Part shown: piece by piece, positions 54,401-64,000 of the stretch
Position numbering within the stretch: position 1 is the first letter of the stretch
Layout of the letters: each line of letters begins with the position of its first letter
NCBI RefSeq assembly: GCF_009914755.1
Contig: NC_060947.1
Strand: one strand, 5' to 3'
Length of the DNA: 64,000 bases
Source of the DNA: the human T2T-CHM13v2.0 reference genome, Homo sapiens
Notes under the pieces: generated by a model
What the model was told of the DNA's origin: nothing
Databases searched by the model: none
Seen by the model: the letters and a program-made list of their open reading frames with translations, nothing else
Position numbers and translations under genes: made by a program

Positions 54401-56135
54401 TTCGCCCCTCTAAAGAAGTACATCTATCTGCTGTTAGAGTAAAGATAAGGAGAAGGACAAAGATCAATCTTAACTGCTTCCTGATGACAGGGGGTACTGT
54501 TTTGGGAAAATGGCAGTCAGATCTTCTTCTGACTGTCTAAGGGTCTAAGGCTCTAAGGCAGGGTCTAAGGGTCTAAGACAGCCTATCTAAGGGTCCCCGG
54601 CAAAAGGGGCCATCATCCGAGGCTCTGGTTGCATGACCATTTGGAGTTTGATGGCCTGAAGGTGAGAAGAGAAAAACTGGGTTATTAGAAAACATATATC
54701 AAAACAAATAAGGCGGGGGGCGGATTATGGACAGCTCAAGAAATCCCGAGTCCTTTTACTCGTTTGCACAGGGAGTGGGAGGCCAAAAGTCTGACTGGTA
54801 TAAAAAGAAAAAAAAAAAACAAACTTTTACCCTGTTGCCAGCATGTCAGGATTCCGGGTTCCCTTCCCCTGAGCCCAATCCTAAACCAACCAGTCTAAGG
54901 TTTGGGAAATTAACTCTTCCCAGTTTGGAGGATGCACCTGAGAAGAGTGTCCCATAGCGCATAGTATAAAAACACAATTACCTAGCTGTGAAGAGAGGAC
55001 AGAGGAGGAAAAAGGAAAAAAAAGAAGGCTTCTTTCTCAGAGGAGTCCCGCGGGGGTCAGTATGCATTTGAAAGGGGCACAGACTGAAGATGAATGGCTA
55101 CTTATCTGGTTTCCTTCTCTTCTTAGCAAATACCCAGGGTACATGAGGGAGAGGAAAAGTTAGGCATTCCTCTTTCCTCCGTTCTTATATCCCTGAATTC
55201 TGGTGACTATGACAGGGTGCCACCCATGGATGTCAAAGCAGCTTTCAACCATGTTAACAGGGGGGCTTAGGGGATGGGACTATCTGCTCTTAACCACATA
55301 TGCCTATCTCCCCTGCTGTCAATAGCCTTTGAATTCCCTGGAACTCATTTATGCCATGAATACTAACATGACCTTTATCCATGAAACAGGAAGCTTAGCT
55401 CAACTGGCAGGAATTAGTAATGCCTACCTGTGCTGTGCCTTTTAACTTTTGTTATCATCTTCCTCTGGATCCCTTAGATCCAGTTTTCTTTCTTAGGGCT
55501 TTGACCCAAAACTTGGAATTGAGTTTGGGACCAAAAATTTGTCTCGTGGGGGAGGGATGTTGCATGGGCTCCTTATCATAAGCCAAATGCTAAGGTGAAG
55601 CCGTGGAATTCAGTCCTTCTCCAAAAAGGGAGAGAAAAAGATGTCTTGTGACACTCCCATAAAACTGGCAGTTGTAGTTATGATCGCTAGGATTTGGGTG
55701 CATGGAGTTTGGCTTTGGTTAACTCCATTGGTCTTACTTTCCCAAAAAGAAGACCTCCGGGTGATGGGCACTCAATTTCTTCCCATCACCTGGCAGGATT
55801 TGCAGGACAATTGCTCAGAACTAGAACATTGATCCAGATTTTTAACAATACCCATCCCTCTTGTTCCTTCTGAGCTGCAGTTGGTGATCACTGGTTGGTT
55901 TACAGGAATGAGCAGTGTTAGTTTAAAATGTAGGCAAAAACTTAAAAACAACTAATGGGTCTAGAATTTAATGACAAATATACGATAGATTTTGAAACAT
56001 AATTTTTCTCTCTCTAGTCCTCATTTATGTTAAAAACAAATCATTATAAGACTGTGTTGTTTGCAAAACAGACTTTAGTCTTGTACTTGGCCTAATTATT
56101 TGCATAAAATGCAGCAAGAATACTGATTTCTATAT
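54401..56135 (-). mobile_element. MER61-like internal region, truncated
   Basis: Continues from the PPT; ends abruptly at the Alu tail. Confidence 0.75.
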
Positions 56136-56140
56136 GCGTT

Positions 56141-56396
56141 TTATATATATATTTATTTATTTATTTATTTATTTTTATTTTATTTTATATTTTTTGAGAC
56201 AGAGTCTCACTCTGTTGCCCAGGCTGGAGTGCAGTGGCATATTTGCAACCTCCACCTCCCGTGTTCAAGTGATTCTCCTGTCTCAGTCTCCCAAGTAGCT
56301 GGGATTACAGGTGTGTGCCACCATGCCCAGCTAATTTTTGTATTTTTAATAGAGACGAGGTTTTGCTATGTTGGCAAGGCTGGTCTCGAACTCCTC
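56141..56396 (-). mobile_element. AluS, antisense, lacking its 5' ~75 nt
   Basis: (TA)/(TTTA)n tail; sequence ends at ggctggtctcgaactcct. Confidence 0.9.
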
Positions 56397-57574
56397 AATT
56401 ACTTTTAAATTGTAATATCTCAATTTAAAAGTAATCTGTAATAATTATTTGACTATAGCATACTTGTCAAAAGAGGGCCAGAGATTTACCTCTGAGGTTT
56501 CTGACAGTCAATAAACAAAAAATGGACATCTATTTAGTTCCATAAATCACAGTATAAAAAGGATAACAAAAAACATACTCTACCATAATTAACCATAACC
56601 TATTTCTTCAAAATATTCTAGGTCTATCAACAATTGTATAGAAATATCTGATTTTTATATATGTGTTCTTGCGAGTAGGGAGAGGGAAAGAGATGTTGGG
56701 TATAGATTGTGTTACATAAATAATATATAACATTAATTAACCAAACTTGCTTAATCTTATTTCTTGTACATTTGATAAGCACATTCTAAAACCACATCCT
56801 AATTCTATTGTAGGAAATAAAGCATTATAGCTATCCTGGGAGCAAACAGGAAATACACTCAACATTCCACAAAAATTTCTTTCCCCTTTTGAGAGTAATA
56901 CCTTGAATCATGAGGTTTATGAATAGCTGTGTAAGGCTCCCTGCAATTTTCTCTGGTATTACAAACTGTGTTACACATTCATGAAACCTCACTTATCATT
57001 TGTAATTTAAATAGGAAAGTAAAGTGTTGTTGAATAATTAGCAATGTCTTGGCTTCTGTAGAATCACCTACCCACACAGGCAGAATAAATGGCTCAAAAA
57101 TTGAAAGGTATAATTGAAATAGGCCGGCCTGGAGAATTTATAGAGCTATAAAAAAAAGTACGATCCTTGGGATAAATGTGAAGATTTGTGTGTGTTTGTC
57201 AGCATTAAAAACACAATCCTCAAAGCAATACTAACCTGATATCAAGAAAAATTGATATCAAAACTGTTTCTTGCTCATTCATTTTCTCCTCAGAATTAAG
57301 ATGATAAATTTGTTTTAAACTAAGCCATTTAACTCGTTTTAGACAAGGTTTATAACAGTGAGGGGCCGGTTTCCCACTGGGAAATATGGCGGAATGGAAT
57401 AGGAAGAAGCAGATGAAAACCAAGAAGATTTCTTCTGACGTTTTCCCCTTCCTTAAAATAATTTTGCTATTTTATGACCTTTTAGAGTAATGTTTCATTA
57501 ATTTGTAATAAATTCATAAAGCAGGAAATCCTTCTCCCAAGTCTCTAAAATAAGATATAAAATAACAAGGATAG

Positions 57575-58336
57575 TGTTGATGAAAAGAGTCAAAGAAGAG
57601 ATTTATTCTGAGCCAAATATGAGAGACCATGACCCATGACACAGCCCTCAGGAGGTCCTGAGAACATGTGCCCCAGGTGGTCAGGGTACAGCTTGGTTTT
57701 ATATATTTTAAGGAGCCATGACACATCAATCAAATACATTTAAGAAATACATTGGTTTGGTTCAGAAAGGCGGGACAACTCAAAGCAGGGGCGGGGTGGG
57801 GGGGTGGTGCTTCTAGGCTATAGGTAAATTTAAACATCTTCTGGTTGATAATTGGTTGAGTTTATCTGAAGACCTAGGATCAATGGAAAGGAATGTTCAG
57901 TTTAAGATAAAGGATTTGGGAGACCAAGTTTTATTGTGCAGAGGAATCTCTCAGATAGCAGGCTTCAGAGAGAGGGCAGGTTGTAAAACGTTTCTTATAG
58001 GACCTAAAAGGGTGCCTGGCTCCTAGCTGATTATCTCCTGGATCTGGAAAGAAAGGAAGGAAAACAAAGGGGAAAGGTGATTCTCTATAAGATGTGGATT
58101 TTTCCCACAGGAGACTTTGCAGGGCAATTTCAAGGTATGAGAAGGAAATATATTTTGGGGTTAAATATTTTTTCCTTGTCTCATAATGTTATGACAGAGT
58201 CAGACTGAAAAGTAAGTCATGATATATAGGGTCAAATAAAATCCATCTGATGAGAATTTATGGTTTGTAGGGCATGACTCCCTAGACCCCTTAGGTAGGA
58301 ATTTGGGTAAGATAAAAAATCAGAGCTTAGTCCTCA
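57575..58336 (-). mobile_element. MER4E-like solo LTR
   Basis: TG...CA ends (reverse-complement start tgaggactaagctctgatttt); exact 4-bp TSD atag at 57571-57574 and 58337-58340. Confidence 0.88.
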
Positions 58337-60389
58337 ATAGTATTACTTATAATTTTAAAAAATAAATTAATTCACTATTTACAATTATTGTATTATAATT
58401 TTAATGATAATTGAAAGCAAGCGGGATCAGCTGCAGTTTCACAGTTAGTAAAAAGCCACTGCTTTTAATATAGTAACAATAATTATCAGTGCGAAAATTT
58501 TCCTTCTCCTTCCAAAAGAGTATTTTTATAAAGCCACTCAGAATAATTGCAATCATTGGGATGTTTTACCTTTGAGCACAATTTATGCCATACAAATGTA
58601 ACTATAATAACAAAAGGCATTGTAGTACATTACTTCAGGGTAAATTTGAATGTCCTTCCTGTGGAATGACAAACTCCACCTCCAGCTGTGACTCATCTTT
58701 TTCTTCCATTGGCATTTAGTGTCATACCTTAACCAGGCTGAATGAGTCTGGTTTGTCATGTAATATAACCTCAAAAGTTTCTGTAAAAATTACAACTTAA
58801 GTAATATCTTCAGATTCATGGGTCCAATTTTAATAGAAATTAGAAGAGTACTTGGGTTAATTTTTATTTTTGTTCTCCTCTTTAATGAAATATATTATAT
58901 TGTGCCATCAATTATAGCCAAAAAATATCTTTTTAAGAACGTAATGGATTTCAATAAGCCCTTTCCTTTGACCTCCTATTACAGTTCTTTTTTTTTTCTC
59001 TGAGAGAGCTTATGTGCTTCTTTTCTTTTGAAGACAACCCAAGATATTTCTAAGTTTTATTATCTACAATGGAGTTTTTTTCTTTAAAAGAGGATAATAA
59101 GTTTTCCTAAATGTATATAGGCTTATTTATTTATATGGATTTTTTTTTTCTTAATTCCTCACGTATAATCCCAAATAACTTTATTTGGAGTTTTGCACAT
59201 GAATCAGATGGGGAATTCACCCTTACAAAGTCAGGAACAAAAATTTTTTAAACCTTATGCAGATGGCCAATACTCACCATGTCTTTTTAAAATAAGTATT
59301 GATGACCATAAGCACATAAACAAAAACTTTATTTCCAATAAATAATGTGACTGCCCTACAGTCTCCTATGAGAGACATTTAGATAATCCTAGGCAATTTA
59401 TAGAATATAATAGCTGGGAAATATCTAGACATGTTATCTACTTAGAAGAAGTAAATGACAGATTCCTGCTCTGAGTACAGCAGATTATCTATTGCCTTTG
59501 AGAAATAAGTGTCAGAAAATACTGGAGGAACTCAATATTGATCGGAAAAAAGTGTGTTTTACCCTATTACTTACCTTTAAGTTTCCACTGGAAGTGTTTG
59601 CTACTTTATCACTACTGGCCTACTATCTGATTTTCCTTCCTCTAGTTTGTCACTGTATTTACATTACTATGCCTCCATAATTATCGCTAAAATGTCAATT
59701 TTATTTTTCTACTAAGATGATTAAAAGTCTTTTTTGCTTTCCCACCAGTCATTGACAGAAGTTGAAGTCCAAAGTTCTAAAACTAAATTTCTAATCATCT
59801 GGTAATCTAACTTCCAGGCTTTTTTCTCACTACTTGCCTGCAGTGGTGACCCATAGCTGCATCTATGCTAATGCTCTTCTAATACTTTTACTATTTCCTT
59901 ATAAGAGTCATTATCTTTAAAATACTTGAACACTGCCTTTTATGTGTGATTTTTTTTTTTTACTTTTCCACCCTATCTCATTCTTGTAATACTTGTAAGA
60001 ACATGTGCTAAATATTTATTTACCATCTAATCCCATATTACTAGAAACGGCTTAGCATTAACAAATATGAGTGTCTAACATATTATCAAATTCCTAACTT
60101 TTATGTTGTCTTGATCTTTCATTTAAATTGTTAAATTGTTATTTATTTTCATCGTGCTGTTCTTCCATAGAAAAATTGCATCATTAGATTTCATGAGAGT
60201 AAGCAACAAAACTTTTCTGGTGTTTATTCCATTTAACCCAAATACAATGAAAAAGAAAGGCACAATTCATGTGCCGTGGATTTTATATTCCAGTGGGAGA
60301 GTGGATAAAGGTATATATAACTAATGACATAATTATTTTTAATTACAATTGTGATGAATGCTATAGCGAACAAAAATACAATATTAATA

Positions 60390-60810
60390 TTCTTTCAATA
60401 AGTATGTTTTTACTGAATTGCTACTATGTACCAGGCATTGTTCTAAGAGAGATATTCAGATAATCCTAGGCAATTTCTAAGGGTTCTAAGCGCTGGAGAC
60501 ACAGCCATAAAATAAGACAAAAGTTTCATCCTCATGGAGCTATCATTCTAGGAAAAGAGACTTATAGTAATTAATTAGAAAATAAATAAATGATACCCTT
60601 TTAGCAAGTGACAGATAGTATAAAGAAAACTAATCACGGTGAAAAGAGAGACTGCTTGGCTAAGGGAATGTGGAGAGAGTTGACTATTTTTGATAAGGAA
60701 TTCAGCAAAGGCCTCTCTCAGAAGGTAACGTTGGAGTAGAGACCCAAGTGATGAGGAGAGAGAACACACTTAGATTGGGGAAGAACATTCCAGGTGGAGG
60801 AAGCAGCAAT
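60390..60810 (-). mobile_element. L2 3' fragment (antisense)
   Basis: ctactatgtaccaggcattgttcta...gctggagacacagc...cctcatggagct...ggcctctctcagaaggtaac...gaagaacattccagg. Confidence 0.8.
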
Positions 60811-61190
60811 ATTTTACATAACAACATTTCCTTATGCATATTATGCACGTTTTCTTATGCATACTATGTGGGCAATAAGCAGCAACTGCTATGCAGATGT
60901 GCATTTCTTTAAGAGGATGACTCTACAGAATATTGTCAGGCAATGAGTGAAAACACTTACAAGCTCTTAAGAAATAGATTTCTGCAAATGAATGAAGGAT
61001 CCTTGAAGAAAGCCCTAAAATATTGTATGCCCAGGTGAATCTGAAATATTAGAGCCAATTCTACTGCATGGTTGCATGCCAAAAATTTCATTTCATTCAA
61101 CCAACCCAGCTCTGAAAACAGCATATGAAGGAGCTATGGTCAAGAAAAATAACTATTCTTATCTTGATTCAGCATCTTACAAATGACGGG

Positions 61191-62641
61191 ATTTATTTTT
61201 TATTTTTATTTTTATTTTAGATTCAGGGTGAATGTGTGCAGGTTTGTTACGAGAGTATATTGTGTGATGCTGCACTAAGGGCTTCTATTGATCCCGTCAT
61301 TCAGATAGTGAGTATAGTACCCAATAGGAAGTTTTTCAGCCATTGTTCCCCTCCATATTTCCCTCCTTTCTGCATCCCAGTGTTTATTGTTCCTGTCTTT
61401 ATGTCCATGTGTATCTAACATATAAGTGTACCTCACTTATAAGTGAGAACATGCATTATTTGGTTTTCAGTTTCAGTATTAATTTGCTCAGGATAATAGC
61501 CTCCAGTCGCATCTATGTTTCTGCAAAGAATATGATTTGATTCTTTTATGGCTGCATAGTATTCCATGGTGTATATGTCCTACATTTTGTTTACCTAATC
61601 CACTGTTGGTGGGCACCTAGGTTATTTTCATGTCTTTGCTATTGTGAATATTGCTGCTATAAATATACAAGTTCATGTGTATTTTTCTTACAACAATTTA
61701 TTTTCCTTTGAGTATATACCCAGTAAAGGGATCGCTGGTTCAAATGGTAGTTAGATTTTTAGTTGTTTGAGAAATCTCCAACTGCTTTCCATAGGGGCTA
61801 GACTAATTTACATTCCCACAGTGTATAGGCATTCCCTTTTCTCTGCAACCTTGACAACATCTGCTATTTTTTTGACTTTTTAATAAGAGCCATTCTGACT
61901 GGTGTGAGATGGTATCTCATTGTGGTTTTGATTTGTGTTTCTCTGATGATTAGTGATGCTGAGCATCTTTTCCTATGCTTGTTGACTACTTGTATGTCTT
62001 CTTTAGAGAAGTGTCTGTTCATGTATTTTATCAACTTTTGAATGAGGTTATTTGTTTTTTGCTTATTGATTTGTTTAACTCCTTGTAGGTTCTTGGTATT
62101 GTCCTTTATTGGAAGCGTAGTTTGCAAATATTTTCTCCCATCCAGTAGGGTGTTTGTTTACTCTGTTGATAGTTTCTTTTGCTATGTAGAGGCTCTTTAG
62201 TTGTCTAACTAGGTCCCATTTGTATATTTTTGTTTTTGTTGCAATTGCTTTTGGGGACTTAGTCATAAATTGTTTCCCAAGGTCAATGTTTAGAATGATG
62301 TTTCCTAGGTTTTCTTCTAGTATTCATATAGTTTGAAGTCTTACATTTAAATATTAAATCCATTTTGAGTTAATTTTTATAATGGTGAAAAGTAGGGGTA
62401 CAGTTTTACTTTTCTGCCTATGGCTAGCCAGATATCCCAGCATAATTTAGTAAATAGATAGTCCTTTCCCTATTGCTTATTTTTGTCAACTTTGTTAAAG
62501 ACCAAATGACTGTAGGTGTGCAGCTTAATTCTTATGTTCCCTATCCTGTTCCACTGGTCTATGTGTCTATTTTTGTACCAGTGCCAAGCTGTTTTAGTTA
62601 CTGCAGCCTTGTAGTATAGCTTGATGTTGGATAGTGTGATG
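61191..62641 (-). mobile_element. L1PA16-like 3' portion, antisense
   Basis: T-rich tail; gtgcaggtttgttac...gtgagtatagtacccaatagg; ORF2 C-terminal translations ([28 protein letters not shown]). Confidence 0.9.
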
Positions 62642-63592
62642 AACAGAAATGCAAAATCCTCAAGAAAATACTAGTAAACTGAATTCAATAGCAAACTAAA
62701 GATATCACACATAATGATCAAATAGGATGCAAGAATTGTTTGACATGCAAATCAATAAATGTGATACATCCCATCAATGGAATGAAGGGTAAAAATCATA
62801 AGTGTTTAACAAACTTTTGCCTCCTTTCATAATTAAAAACAACTCAACAAATTAGGTATAGAAAGAATATACCCAAACATAAAATGGCCATATATGACAA
62901 GACTGCAGATAACATCACATGTAATGGATAAAAGCTGAAAGCATTTTCTGTAAGATCGGAACAAGACAAGAATGCCCATTATTGCCACTCCTGTTCAACA
63001 TATGCATCAAAAATTGTTATTAGTAATAAGTGAATTCAGAAAAGTTGCCATATAAAAAAGCAACATGCAAAAATCAGTTGTGTCTCTACACACTAACAAT
63101 GAAGTATCCAAAAAGGAAATTAAGAAAGCAATTGTATGTATAATGGCATTAAAAATAATAAAATACATAGGTATAAATTTAACCAAGGAGGTGAAAGATC
63201 TGTGCAATAAAATCTATAAAATATTGATGAATGAAATTAAAGAAGACACAAGTCAATGGTAACTATCTTAAGTTCCTGGATTGGAAGAATTGATATTGTT
63301 AAAATGTCCATACTATCCAAAGAAGTCTACAGATTCAATGGAAACCCTGTCAAATTTTGAATTGCATTTTTCAGAAAAATAAGAAAAAAATCCTAAAATT
63401 TGTATGGAATGATGAAAGGCCCTGCAAAGCCAAAGCAATGTGGAGCAAGAACAAAGCAGGTGGCATCACACTACCTGATTTCAAAATATACTATAAGGCT
63501 ACAGTAATCAAAACAGTGTGGTACTGATATAATATCAGAGATATGTACCAATGGAACAGAATAAAGACTTGAGAAATAAATCCACACATTTT
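62642..63592 (+). mobile_element. Older L1 (L1MA-like) ORF2 fragment, sense, with an internal deletion near 63005
   Basis: gcaaaatcctcaagaaaatactag; ggaacaagacaagaatgccca; the translation KYIGINLTKEVKDL. Confidence 0.85.
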
Positions 63593-63601
63593 TTTTTATG
63601 G

Positions 63602-64000
63602 CGTATTAGTCTGTTTTCGTGCTGCTGATAAAGACATACCTGAGACTGGACAATTTACAAAAGAAAGAGGTTTAATTGGACTTACAGTACCACATGGCTG
63701 GGGAGGCCTCACAATCATGGTGGAAGGCAAGGAGGAGCAAGTCACATCTTACATGGATGGCAGCAGGCAAAAAAAGTGCTTGTGCAGGGCAACTTCGGTT
63801 TTTTAAAATGATCAGATCTCATGAGGCCCATTCATCATTATCATGAGAACAGCACAGAATAGACCTGCCCCCATAATTCAGTCATCTCCCACTGGGTCCC
63901 TCCCATAACATGTGGGAATTATGGGAGCTACAAGATGAGAATTGGGTGGTGACACAGAGCCAAACAAAATCATTCCGCCCCTGGCCCCTTCAAAATCTCA
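63602..64000 (-). mobile_element. THE1B-like LTR (63602-63972) plus the start of THE1 internal sequence, running off the right edge
   Basis: gtattagtctgttttcgtgctgctgataaagacatacc...gacacagagccaaac, then the reverse-complement PPT ttccgcccctggcccc. Confidence 0.9.

Noticed and set aside
54536-54592. Repeat-spacer pattern as a CRISPR-like array
   Set aside because: Units are only 6-7 bp with 1-8 bp spacers, inside a primate ERV, with no cas genes

Overview
AT-rich primate genomic DNA, probably human or ape: it carries AluY, S and J elements, L1PA/PB and THE1/MST LTRs. It looks intergenic or deep intronic. I find no supportable protein-coding gene, intact RNA gene, CRISPR array or prokaryotic system. 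The ORF track consists of L1 ORF2 fragments, Alu read-throughs and chance ORFs. Much of the window is interspersed repeat: about 11 Alu/FLAM copies, several L1s (one a clean twin-primed 5'-inverted L1PB with a 14-bp TSD), many MaLR LTRs, nested MER21-like LTRs, a solo MER4E-like LTR, a MER61-like LTR with internal region, and a ~7.7 kb MER57-like ERV1 relic with pol and env remnants. The most unusual observations are mutational fossils. (1) A ~0.5 kb non-viral segment sits inside the ERV with TSD-like ends and an AATAAA; it contains an older MER33-like piece and an antisense 9-nt microexon-like cassette. (2) A 30-bp templated insertion in an L2 was copied from 1.08 kb upstream. (3) The ERV also holds a tRNA-like stretch and a duplicated PPT. 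Repeat family names come from recalled consensus sequences and need RepeatMasker/Dfam confirmation. Boundaries of old elements are approximate.
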